NCBI RefSeq assembly: GCF_039654945.1
Contig: NW_027361792.1
Location: 4,278,001 to 4,342,000 of the forward strand
Length of the DNA: 64,000 nt
Reading direction: 5' to 3'
From: Dendrobates tinctorius
Lineage: Eukaryota
The notes beneath the pieces are model-generated. The model did not search any database. It saw nothing but the letters and a program-made list of their open reading frames with translations, and had not been told where the DNA came from. Every line of letters begins with the position of its first letter. The stretch's first letter is position 1. This document shows, piece by piece, positions 24,538 through 36,160 of this stretch. Made by a program: the position numbers and the translations under genes.

Positions 24538-26599
24538 CAAACACCTGAGTCTGATGATGATGACTGGCTGAGTGGAGTTACTGACTGGATATAAGGCCGC
24601 TGACGCCCTTCTGCCCTGCGGGTGATTTCTCTGTGGGATCCTTGGAGACCAGTCTGAATTCCTGCTCCTCTAAAGCTAAGTTTTCTGCTCGGCCTTTTGC
24701 ATTTGTGCTTAGACATTGTTTTGCTTTGTTTTTCTGGATTTCTGCCATTCCCTGCTGGGGTGTGCTGAATTCCTTTAGCTCTGTCTTCTGAAAATACCTG
24801 AGTGCTGATTTAGTTTTTGAAGCCTAGCTTCTTCAGGGTCTTTTTCATATCAGCTTGTTGGCTTATGTCTTTGATAGGGTTTTGGCAGATTGCAGACAGC
24901 AACCTTCCTTTCCTGTTCTGTTTAGCTAGCTTTGGCCCCATCGTTTGCACAGCCTATCTTTCTATTTGTGTGAGTGTTTTTTCATCTTGCTTCACCGTCA
25001 TTATATGTTGGGGGCTGCCTTTTACTTTGGGGTCTGCTCTGGGGCAGTTTAGATTTCCTTTTCTGTCTTTAGGCTATTTAGCTCTCCGGCTGTGATCGAG
25101 GGGTCTAGGGCATCGTAGGAACCCCCCACGGCTACTGCTAGTTGTGTTGATAGGTTCAGGGGTCTGCAATCTGATAGTTGACAACTTCTCTGGTTTTCTG
25201 GAAGTAGCTTCTATTTTTGTGTCTGCCTCCTATGGTGACTCAATCATAACAGTAAGCTCGCCCTTGGTGGGTGGGTGCCACGACCCAGAGGGTCCACTCA
25301 AAAAATCGGCTCAGCGGAAGCTGAGTCCGTCACAGAAGGTCAGGTTTATAGCTTCTCTAATCAGCCAAACTGTTTTCAGCTGTGCTAGCATACTAGCACA
25401 AGGGTTTTCAAGGGTATTCTAACCATCCATTAGCCTTCTTACACAGTTAGCAAACACAAATTACCATAAGAACACTGAAGTAATGGTTGTTGGAAATGGG
25501 CCTCCATACACCTATAAAGATATTGCATTACAAACCAGACCACCATCAGCACAATATAATGATGGAGGGGGGTCTCAGTGGTCATCAATGATCTTGTAGC
25601 TATCATCTATCCTATAGATTGGTAAGAGGAAATTGTGCCAAAGTACCCCTTTGCAATCCACTTTACTTTTTAGAGAATGCGCTGGCTACTCTGATTCCCC
25701 CAATGTTTTTGGGGGGATTCTCCTTTTGCCAGAGACATATTGTATGTCCCACACATTATAAATCTATCAGCTCCTCCAACTCCACTTACAAGAACGCTAG
25801 ATCTTAGCAAAGATTCCCAATATGACAGCCCTAAACCAAGACCCCCAAGTACCACAACAAAGGCCACCGAGGCTGAATCTACCCAATGACATTCAGAAGA
25901 CAAGGAAGATCAACTCTGACACTCATCCTCATGCTCTGTACATAAAGTGTAATAACAGCTACAAAGTAACTGGAATAATAGAGAATCTGCAAAAGTGTTA
26001 CAAGTTCTTACATTAATGTGATTTAAAAAAAAAATGTATAAAGAAGAATATATGGAAGCAATACGGCTATATAGGTCAACCCATAATATCGACACCTTTT
26101 TTGTTCAGATCCAATGTGCCTGTCATGAGGAATCTAGCATAACAGCCATATGCAAATCAGCCTGGAGGTGCACTGGAGGCGGGGCAATGCACTTGGGACT
26201 ACTATTCTCGCTCCTGAATATTGCTGTGCACGCTTTCTCCCAGCAGTGCAAGATGGCATCCAATTTTTGAGATAGATTTGAATCCCAGAGGTAAGACCCC
26301 CCTCATCTGTCAGCCCGTGCATATTCCATAAATGTCAGAGGTGGGATACCCCTGAAGGTGACCTTACACATTAGATTAACAATGGTCGACCCTGCCGAGC
26401 AGCCAGGTATGAGATGGTATGAGCAGCACGACAATGAGAATCCTGGGAAACAGGATCCTGGATTTGTTATTTTCTATTTTTATTTACTTTGTTTCATTAT
26501 TTTATAAAATAAAACTGTTTTTTTATTTTTTTTATTTTTACATTTATTCAAATCAAAATCAATACAAGGAAGGAGAAATCTGGGACGATGAAAGTCAAC

Positions 26600-27097
26600 G
26601 ATTATTTGTTACTTCCGGAACCTGAATGTTTTCAAAAAGTTACAAAGAAAAAAAAAGAAAGAAAAGTAACCGTAAGAAAAAGTGATGAAGATGGCGCAAC
26701 AATTGTATCAGTGTGAATCCGACGAGTTCCTGGTTAGGGTCGGACACTTTGGTACTTTTGGACTGTGTATATATACTGTGTATGTCTCTGCTGTCAGCAG
26801 GCGAGGAGGCGTTCTGCTGTGGGGCTGGGAGGAGGAGAGGAGCAGGACATGCTCAGTTCTCACTTCTCTCTAAACTTCCTGCTCTGAGAAGTCGACACAA
26901 CTTTACCAGGAAACCCAAAGTTTGCGCCTCTCTGGCTTCTACTCGTGGTGTCGGTTCGTTACGTTGTATCGCTCTACGGTTCTGTATTAATTTTCTGTAG
27001 CCGCGACTTTCCTATACTGGAACACTTAGGAAGCGATCAGCATTTCTGGAAAGCGAAAGTGACAATTCTGAGCCGAAAGTGACAATTCTGAGCCGAA
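26600..27097 (+). promoter_or_regulatory. FADD promoter / 5' UTR region
   Basis: CpG-containing; ETS ACTTCCGGAA (26611-20), YY1 AAGATGGCG (26688-96), IRF-E GAAAGCGAAAGT (27049-60). The TSS cannot be determined from sequence. Confidence 0.55.
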
Positions 27098-27374
27098 ATG
27101 GACAATTTCCCCGCCCTGCTCTTAGAAATATCGCAGAAACTCGACGAGAGAGAACTGGAGAGTATGAAGTTTCTCTGCAATAGGAAAATAGTCAAAAAGA
27201 AAATGGAGATGATCAAAAGCCCCTTGGATCTGTTCAGACAACTGCAGGAGCTGACGGAAATCTCCGAGGACGATCTTACTTTTCTTATTTCGTTGCTGAA
27301 AGCCATTAATAGATTTGACCTGGTCCAAAGAGTAGAACTCGGGCCGCAACGCGAGGTGGAGACGAAGGAAAGAG
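27098..27374 (+). CDS. FADD: FADD exon 1 (death effector domain)
   Basis: MDNFPALLLEISQKL..ELESMKFLC..LDLF..LQE..NRFDL (RxDL motif); donor AG|GTAAAT, phase 1. Confidence 0.96.
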
Positions 27375-28377
27375 GTAAATGTCCGTCTCCCAATAGGAGA
27401 AATGTAGACGTGTCACCTGTAGGGGGCGACCAGGGGTGAGGGCACGACCGATGCAGTTACGCAAAGGGATTGTCCCATATTAGACCTTTAAGGCACGGGG
27501 GGGGGGAGGAAAAACCCTAATATGAGTCAGAGAAGCGTTGCCAACAATGGTTCCCACTATACAGACCTCAGCCCTGTTATGTAATACCATGTATGCCCTG
27601 AAGTGGCGCTATACTGAAAAGGTGTCGTCGGAGCAAGTCTTACATTGGATGATGCCCAGCACTGTGCCAAAGTATACAGCGCCATACAGTGTCCACATAA
27701 CAGCTCATCCGATAATACTGCAGTACGACGACTCGGTAACATGCACTGCCATGTGCTGGTCGCAAGCCTTGTGAGCCGTCCGGTCACCTGTAGTGCCCCT
27801 TAGGCTTATATATACCAACAGTCAGCACCAGCAGATTACTGGTAACAACGGCAGACGGGGAGCGGCCTCCGAGGGAAACGTAGGGATTGAGCCTTATGGC
27901 AAAATGATCATCTATCTATACATCGCCAGTATCTGTATCTCCACACGGGGAAATATGAGCAGAGCAAATATTAACTATTAGTCCATTTGGCGACAATTCA
28001 GCTCCTTTTTCTTTCGCAACTTTTTCTTGAGGAAGGTTCTTTTATGGAACTGAAACCTCCGCACCAGGACTAATAAAAAGTCCTTTATTTTTTCCATATT
28101 TAATAGGAGCGCTGCTTATATTTCTATATATATGTGTTACATTGGCCCAAAAGGGTTTGGGAATAAAAAGTTTAGCAACTGCTTTATAGTATTTTGACAC
28201 TGCCTTGTTATGATCTTCTACCTGTAATTTATTTCTCTATCAATCATCTATTAGCTATATTATATATCTGTTATCTATCTATCATCTATCTATTATCCAT
28301 TATTTATTATGTAGCTATCTATAGTCTATCTAACTGTAATTTATCTATTATCTATCTATCTATCTCTTTCTATCTAT

Positions 28378-29860
28378 TGTAAGGCAGAGGTAGCACCGTA
28401 CGCAGTGATGAGGCAGTGACCCACAAAGTTCAAACACAAAAGTCTCTTTAATGTGTTTCCTCACAGCATTATAGTCCAATCCACACAAGTGCATACAATT
28501 AGAATCCATGTCACCATTTGCAGAATATATATTACACGGCATCCTTCATTTTACAGACACTAAACACACCAGTCTTCCTCTGACTAGTTCCCGTGGGTGT
28601 CTATGCGCCGTAGCCAAGACTCTATTCACACAGCATTCCATGTTGCAGGCACTACACACGCTAGTCCTCCTCTGACTAGTTCCCGTGGGTGTCTTGCACT
28701 GCTGCATCACAGTCTCTTTGCTCACACAGCCATACACAGTCCAGGATACCCTCCGGATCGCAGCCGGGCACCATATCCTCCTGTTTTGCAATCGTTACAC
28801 GCCAGTCTTCTTTAGGGCACATGACATCCACATCCGGTTCACCTCTGGGCCAGGACTGTCCACATTCGAGACCAGTCACTGTGGACGACTTGCATCTCTG
28901 TGTACACGGCAGGTTGCCAGGCCTCATTCAGGCCATGATACACCTGAGACTCACTAAGCACTCACTCAGACCTCACTAACCCTTTCCTGCAGGGCTTTTA
29001 TCACAGCAACCTGTGGCTTTCAGCGACATGGAAAATCTAGGTCCAGAATGGAACAGACTGCAACACTATCAAGCTGCAATCTGTTTCAAACACAACATCC
29101 AGAGCAGGTTTTCCCTACCTCTGCCTTGGACACTAGCATGTCCAAGACTAAGGCTGGAGTCACACTAGCGAAAAAATCGGACGACTGCAATGCGATAAAA
29201 AAATCGCATTGCATTCGTCCCAATGTATTCTATGGTGCAGCTCCCATCATCCGATTTTTTTTTCAGAACGTTTCCTCGGACCGAGACAATCGCAGCATGC
29301 TGCGATTGTCACCGATTTTCGGATCGGACTCGCCAATGCAAGTCTATGGGTGCGATTAAAAATCGGTTTACAAACCGACCACAAGTGTGACTTGCGATAA
29401 AATCGCAAGACTTCTCCAGGTCAACAGGAAAGAGCATCAGGCATTGGTATTGGATGTCAAACGGTTGCTTAGATGCGAATAAAATCGGTTCATCCCCGGA
29501 AATTCGGATGACAGACGGATCCCTGGACAAGAAATCTTTGTGCGATTTCGTACCGTAAAAATCGGACCGATTTTTGAATCGTTGTGTGTGACTCCAGCCT
29601 AACACTTACTTTTATTATCAGTCTGCATTACAGTCACAGCTACGCCTGTGACTGCCATCAACACCTATGGCTTTCATACACCTTCGTGCATATCCTGGGG
29701 AGACTACGCAGCGACCCTACCTGTGGGTCACTGCTTTCCCATTTCAATCAAAGCTACGCCTGTGACCGCAATACATCCTCATAACCTCAATACGCCTCCG
29801 TGCGTATCCTGGGGAGAACACACAGCGCCCCCTAGCTGTAACAGGGGTCACTGCCTCACA
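28378..29860. mobile_element. Solo-LTR-like element in the FADD intron, inserted in a (TATC)n tract
   Basis: TGTAAGGCAG ... CTGCCTCACA inverted TG..CA ends; flanked on both sides by TATC microsatellite (28235-28377, 29861-29950); TSD imperfect. Confidence 0.6.
29152..29599. mobile_element. PIF/Harbinger-type MITE
   Basis: Perfect 14-bp TIR GGCTGGAGTCACAC; TAA TSD (29149-51, 29600-02). Confidence 0.9.
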
Positions 29861-29996
29861 TTATCTATCTATTATCTATCTATCTATTATCCATTATCTC
29901 TCTATTATCTATCTCTCGATCTATCTATCTCTCGATCTATCTCTCTCTTCAGTATGTTCATCCATTAATAGTTTGGCTTTTTCCTTTGTTGCACAG

Positions 29997-30280
29997 ATCA
30001 GATTGACGAGGCCTTTGACATCATATGTGATAACGTGGCAAAGGATTGGAGGAGGCTGATCCGGACACTTGGGCTTTCAGAGGCGATAATAGACCAAGTA
30101 ATTTATAATAACCCGAACAATATGAGGGAACAACTGATGAAATGCCTGATCGAGTGGAGGAAAATGAAGAAAGATAGTGCCACTGTATCATCCCTGGTAC
30201 AAGCCTTAGAAAAATGCAAACTGAGGCTGGTATCAGAGAGACTAACAGAAGCCATTAACCTCAGTCATGGGACATCATAA
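29997..30280 (+). CDS. FADD: FADD exon 2 (death domain)
   Basis: Polypyrimidine acceptor TTTGTTGCACAG|AT; phase matches exon 1; DQIDEAFDIICDNVAKDWRRLIRTLGLSE...LIEW...LVQALEKCKL; joined CDS 561 nt = 186 aa. Candidate AATAAA at 30765-70. Confidence 0.96.
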
Positions 30281-30831
30281 AAATAGCGACAACTTCCAAT
30301 TCCAGACACGTTTGATTATACACTGACAAGAAACAGGTTACAATATTAGTTGTTTCCACTACCTGCAGCCGTCACTAGGGGGCGCTCACTGCATACAGAT
30401 GTGCACAGTTCTATCTGTGCAAACCCATGTACTCGGCTCCCTCTAGTGGTGGCTATGAGCCATTTGGAATATTTCTCAAGTTAGAAATCTCCAATATATC
30501 ACGGCCTTAATCATCACAGAACATTGGATCTAAACACAGAATGTGGGGGAGGGGAGCAACTACTGCATTAAAGCTGTAATACATTCAGCAGAGTGGTCAT
30601 TGGGGCCCAAACTGAGTTTTTCTTTAAGAATATATGATTTCTGTGCATGCATCTATCATAAAGTAAATCCTAAAAATAATGAAAAATTATTTTGCTAGTA
30701 TATTATACATGTGTAAAATGAGAACCAGCACCTGAAATTCATAAAAATACATCACATGCAGAAGAATAAAAGAGATCCCAGGCCGAACTAAAAATCACAT
30801 AGGTGCACACATTACTCTGCAGACTCAATAA

Positions 30832-31388
30832 CTGGATCAGTAATGTAATATCACTACACAGTGACTGCACCAGCAGAATAGTGAGTGCAGCTCTGGAGTA
30901 TAATACAGGAGGTAACTCAGGATCAGTAATGTAATGTATGTACACGGTGACTGTACCAGCAGAATAGTGAGTGCAGCTCTGGAGTATAATACAGGATGTA
31001 ACTCAAGATCAGTAATGTAATGTATGTACACAGTGACTGCACCAGCAGAATAGTGAGTGCAGCTCTGGAGTATAATACAGGATGTAACTCAGGATATGTA
31101 ATGTAATGTATGTACAAAGCAACTGCACCAGCAGAATAGTGAGTGCAGCTCTGGAGTATAATATAGGATGTAACTCAGGATCAGTAATGTAATGTATGTA
31201 CACAGTGACTGCACCAGCAGAATAGTGAGTGCAGCTCTGGAGTATAATACAGGATGTAACTCAGGATCAGTAATGTAATGTATGTACACAGTGACTGCAC
31301 CAGCAGAATAGTGAGTGCAGCTCTGGAATATAATACAGGATGTAACTCAGGATCAGTACAGGATCAGTAATGTATGTACACAGTGACT
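30832..31388. repeat. 86-bp tandem repeat, ~6 copies
   Basis: Unit CAGCAGAATAGTGAGTGCAGCTCTGGAGTATAATACAGGATGTAACTCAGGATCAGTAATGTAATGTATGTACACAGTGACTGCAC; the spurious ORFs are offset by 86. Confidence 0.95.
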
Positions 31389-32741
31389 TCAACTCACAAA
31401 ACTTCGAGAACAGGTGCCTGATCCACTGCACACCGGACACGACGTATGACCATAATAATATACATTGTTCCTCGAGTTTTTATGGGAAAAATAGTTCCAA
31501 CACAGAAAACAACAGAGCCTTAGTTTGTTCTTGTAAAAAGTTAAATACCATGGGCCATAATATATTCAGCAGCCGGATTTTAGTGACATGCAATACCATG
31601 TTTAGCCTCAAGATGGCAGTGATGTCAACCAGCAGCCACAGATCTGCACCAAGTAACAACAGCTGAAGTTTTATACTATGTATTGAGACTAAGAGAAAAA
31701 TGTAAATGTAACTTTCAGGGATTGGTGCTGTTCCTATGAAGTGCTGAGATCCTGGGATTCAAATCCATCCAACGGATTCAAGCCATCGTTTCATACTGTT
31801 TGCCAAAAATTGCAAATATTGTTGCAAATATCCATTAGCATGCATAAAAATGATAAGACTTGATAGCAGATATTACAATGTGCTACCATTGCCAGGTATT
31901 GCAGATCAGCTCTTATTCTCTTAGGAGCTGATCTGCAGTACTCAGGAGCAGCCAGTACTCAGCGCTCTACACTGTTCACCTCTGGCCACCACCGGCGCTG
32001 ATAACAGCTGATTGGTGGTGTTTGCCGCCAGGGCTCCAACCCCACTTTTATATCGATAATTTATATATTAAAGTAGTTATTATATATAAAAGTAGTGGAC
32101 AACTACTTTAAATGCATTACTTTTTTGCACGCTTGACTGGGCACTCTATTTCCTTATATATCATTTCCTCTGCTCTCACTTTGCGTAGCACATTGCACAA
32201 CACTGCAAGCCTACCATATGTTTTTGCACTTCTAAGAAAAAAAGTGAAAAAAAATAAAAACTTTCTGGACACAGAGGAGGTTTCTGAAGATTTACAGATA
32301 GTCCACATACTGAGAATATGGATCCAAAGCTGCGGGAAAGTGAAGAGTAAAACATTTACATTTAATAGGTTATATTGCAAAGTATCTTATTCACATGTAT
32401 TACTGATTGTGCAAATCAAAAATACGATAGATTTTCTATAAAGAAGGGTCTCTACTTATTATACTATGTAATAAGAGATGGCGCTATACATAATAAGGGA
32501 GGACACTGTCTATAATAAAGGAAGGTGCTGTACTTAATAAGGGAGGACACTGTATGTAATAAGGGATGGTGCTATATATAATAAGGGAGGACACTGTCCA
32601 TAATAAAGGAAGGTGCTGTACTTAATAAGGGAGGACACTGCATGTAATAAAGGATGGTGCTATATATAATAAGGGAGGACACTGTCCATAATAAAGGAAG
32701 GTGCTGTACTTAATAAGGGAGGACACTGCATGTAATACAGC

Positions 32742-33065
32742 AATGATACAGGAAAGATATATATCTTTGTACCGTGTTAGCCAGTACATAGAAAAATAAT
32801 CAGAATTGAAAGTCCTCAGTGTTTGATACCTTTTAATGGGTAACTCCCCCATAATGATAGTTCTGCTTCACGTCACTTGTCTTATCTATTGCATTTTTTC
32901 TGTGCTGTGTTGTGCATAAATATGTGATTCTTCAGATTTTTGTATTACTCAATGCCTGATGAAGAGACCTGAGTAGTCTCGAAAGCTTACAATTTGTTAT
33001 CATCTTTTCAGTTAGCCATTAAAAGCCTTCAACCACTGAGGACTCTCAATTCTGAATATTTTTGC
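32742..33065 (+). mobile_element. Penelope-like element fragment (inverted pseudo-LTR arrangement)
   Basis: ~46-bp inverted repeat at 32800-45 / 33010-55; hammerhead core at 32956-88; AATACAGC direct repeat on the flanks (32734-41, 33066-73). Confidence 0.75.
32951..32994 (+). ncRNA. Minimal type I hammerhead ribozyme motif
   Basis: CTGATGA-A-GAGAC-ctgagta-GTCTC-GAAA-GCTT: both catalytic boxes, perfect 5-bp helix II, palindromic AAGCTT in place of helix III. Confidence 0.7.
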
Positions 33066-33361
33066 AATACAGCTAGATACTGTATCTAAAAAGGGAGGAC
33101 ACTGTAATAAGGGATGGTGCCATACATAATAAGAGAGTATACTGTATTTAATAAAGGATGTTTTCATATGTGAAGATACTGTACGTAATGGCAGTATACA
33201 TAATAAAGGAGGATGCTATATATAACATGAGATGGCGCTATAGAAAATAAGGGAGGACACTATGTAATAAAAGATATTGCTATACGTAGCTAAAGATGAC
33301 ACTATGAAATATTGGAAGGTGTTAAACATAATAAGGGAGACATTGTGTGAAATAAGGGATG

Positions 33362-33738
33362 TGTTACACATGTGCCCCAGATCCAGGCTTTGCTTTGCTC
33401 ACTCCGGTCTGCTGAATCCTGTTGAGTTCTATGTTTGGCTTTGCAGGTGGCTCGACATGCTCCCATGTGATCGTTTGCCTGGGCCTATATAAGGTTCACA
33501 AAGACACACACCTGTGTCTTGGTATTAAGACTTACAGTTCTCCTGAGTGCTGTCTATCTGCAGCCTCCAATATCTCTACTAACTGCTTCCCAGTCGCCTA
33601 TCTGCCTGCGGCCTCCAGTGTTTCTACTACCTGTTTCCCATGTACCTCACCTGTCTGCTGCACCGATGCCCGTGTGCCCACCCAGACCTTGGGCTTAGAG
33701 GATAAATCTCACCAGGTTAGCCAAAACCAAATGTCACA
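33362..33738 (+). mobile_element. Short solo-LTR-like element; inverted relative at 38968-39550
   Basis: TGTTACA...TGTCACA ends, internal TATATAA; CGTGTGCCCACCCAGACCTTGGGC matches the reverse complement of 39010-39035. No TSD found. Confidence 0.5.
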
Positions 33739-35856
33739 ATATATAATAAGGGAGGACATTGTACGTAATAAAGGATGATGCTACAGTATTTATACTGTGC
33801 TGGCGTCTCTCCTTCCTCCAGGCAGGCACATACACCGCTCCCCTGGATCCACTCACATCGCCACTCACCAAATGTCACAATATATAATAAGGGAGGACAT
33901 TGTACGTAATAAAGGATGATGCTACAGTATTTATACTGTGCTGGCGTCTCTCCTTCCTCCAGGCAGGCACATACACCGCTCCCCTGGATCCACTCACATC
34001 TCCTCTGCCTCGCTCAATGAGAGACAGTGTTCAGCCCGTAGCGGACGATCTCTGTACTGCAGCTCAGGAGCTGAACTGCAGTACCGAGAACGACCACTAC
34101 ACGGTGTAAGGAGCTCTGCTGCTCCATGGCTTATAAGTCTCCTCACTGCAAACCCGAAACACGTCCATATGACAATAATTCTGCGAACTGCTCCAGGTTT
34201 GCAAATCCAACACATAGAGAACAAAATCTGGAATCCTTCCAGGGAAAATGGTAGTAACTGAACAAATTACAATGGAGACAAGCCTGCCACCGCTAAATAT
34301 GGCTCCTGGCATGCTCCCGGACTAGGCCTTGAACCTCCATGAACAGAAAGGAAAGGAGAGGAATGCATTCGCCTGCATCATGTTGCAAAAAATACACATT
34401 TGCGATGATTTATGCTATTTTCAGCCGCCATATCTGATTCATATCTGGCCGTTTGCCCAGAAGTTGGGATTGGCCAAAAATAGCTGTTTTTAAGCCAAGC
34501 TCACACGTTCAGTAAAATCATCAAGTGCAGAGCATTGTGGGAACCCGGCCGTCCATTGTGATGCAGTAAAACAGCTGTTTTCTATTGTGGAGGATCATAT
34601 AACATGTAAGTCGGAAAATAAATGTATCACTGCATCGGGGGGGAAGCTGCTCGGAGATTGTCTGAATGGTGAAGACTTCACTTTCTGGAGAAGGAGCATA
34701 GCCATGTGGGAGGCAATGGTAGCCATTGCTCTCAGGCCTTGGTACTACAGGGATGACCAAGGAACATGATTTTTTTCATTATGTTTTAGTAATGTTATAT
34801 AAAAAAAAGTTCAGATTTTTATTTTACCCTTAATTCCCGGTCGTCCAGGACCCCTGTTACATGTCTGCCTGCAGCTTCCAGTACTTCTGCTACCTGTTTG
34901 CAATTTTCTGGACATCTCCGGTTATCCTGCAGCTTCCAGTTCCTCAGTTACCTGCTCCCGGTCTTCCACGACCGCTATGTGTCTGCCTGCAGCTTCCAGG
35001 ACATCTCCGGTCTGCCTGCTGCTTCCAGTACTTCTGTTACCTGTTCCCGGTCTTCGAGGACCTCTGCTATGTGTCCAACTGCGGTTTTCAGGACGCCTCT
35101 GGTCTGCCTACTGCTTCCAGTATATCTGCTACATGTGCCCAAATTTCCAGGACCCCTACTACATGCCCACCTCCTGCTTCCAGGACATCTTCTGTCTGCC
35201 TACGGCTTCCAGTACCTCCGTTACCAGTTTCCTGCATTCTCCATCTGCTGGCTGCACCAGCATCTGTGGCCAATGCAGATTAGTCTAGCCCTATACAAAC
35301 CCGGCCTTGTATTAGTCTAGCCCTATATGAACTCAACTTTTTATTGGCCCAGCCATATATGAAACAAGCCTTGAATTAGTCCAGTCCTGTATGAACCTGG
35401 CCCTATATAAACCTGAACAAACATAAGCCCAGCCCTAGCCCTATACAAACCCAACCTTGTATCGGTCCAGCTTTAAAAAAACCTGACCTTATATTGGGCT
35501 AGCTGTACATGAATCTGGACTTGCATTAGTCCAATCTTATGTGAACCCAGACTTATGGAGTCCCAACCTTACATAGGCCCGGCCTTGTACTCGGCCATCT
35601 ATAGAACCGTAACTTGACTTTCACCCTAAGGTCTTATAAGAAGCTTTAGAAATCTTGATAATCTAACATTAAGGGGAAATGGGCGGCTTTCAACAAGTGA
35701 TGATTAATACAGAAATAGACGCTAATTAATGGTAATGAGCAACAATATCCATCAGAAGCGGCGTGTCCTGACATCACCTGTCACCGTACTGACATTACTG
35801 TCACAACGCGCCGTCACTCACTGTCACACTGTCTGAACGTCTCCAAACAGATTAAT

Positions 35857-36160
35857 ATAGAATCATAGAATCATAGAATCATAGAATTGTAGAGTTGGAA
35901 GGGACCTCCTGGGCCATCTGGTCCAACCCCCTGCTCAAAGCAGGATTCGCTAAATCATCCCAGTCAGATGTCTGTCCAGCCTCTGTTTGAAGACTTCCAT
36001 TGAAGGAGAACTCACCACTTCTCGTGGCAGCCTGTTCCACTCATTGATCACTCTAACTGTCAAAAAGTTTTTTCTAATATCTAATCTGTGTCTCCTCCCA
36101 TTCAGTTTCATCCCATTGCTTCTAGTCTTTCCTTGTGCAAATGAGAATAAAGTTGATCCT
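35857..36160 (-). mobile_element. CR1 LINE 3' end fragment
   Basis: (ATTCTATG)n tail; ORF TRSNGMKL..RKNFLTVRVINEWNRLPREVV..FKQRLD. Confidence 0.92.

Larger units (their letters stand above)
20028..25251 (+). mobile_element. Ty3/Gypsy chromovirus (Tf1/sushi group) LTR retrotransposon, RNase H deleted
   Basis: LTRs at 20028-20821 and 24456-25251 (TG...CA, ~98% identical by eye); PPT AAGGGGGAGG at 24443-52; TSD GTAAGC; gag-PR-RT and IN-chromodomain ORFs. Confidence 0.97.
17938..25334 (+). mobile_element. Long solo LTR (~2.2 kb without its insert) with internal 36-bp tandem repeats; hosts the chromovirus
   Basis: TGTCAC...GTCACA ends; 5-bp TSD GAAGG (17933-37, 25335-39); 36-bp units at ~18933-19195. 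Confidence 0.8.
16668..25540 (-). mobile_element. Decayed Tc1 transposon, interrupted at 17938-25334, right end missing
   Basis: TA|CACTACCATTCAAAAGTTTGGGGTCAC terminus; transposase fragments SGRPR (17533-17760), LWTDESKF and KHGGGNVMVWGCF (17203-17427), WEQLDRMVRKK (16830-17021). Element sequence resumes at 25335; no right TIR found. Confidence 0.85.
32460..33350. repeat. Degenerate ~21-bp AATAAGGGAGGACACTG minisatellite, interrupted by a Penelope fragment
   Basis: Tandem units at 32490-32735; degenerate units continue at 33090-33350. Confidence 0.75.

Noticed and set aside
27375-27439. C-terminal part of ORF 27098-27439 and start of ORF 30035
   Set aside because: Intron read-through past the GT donor; exon 2 really begins at 29997.
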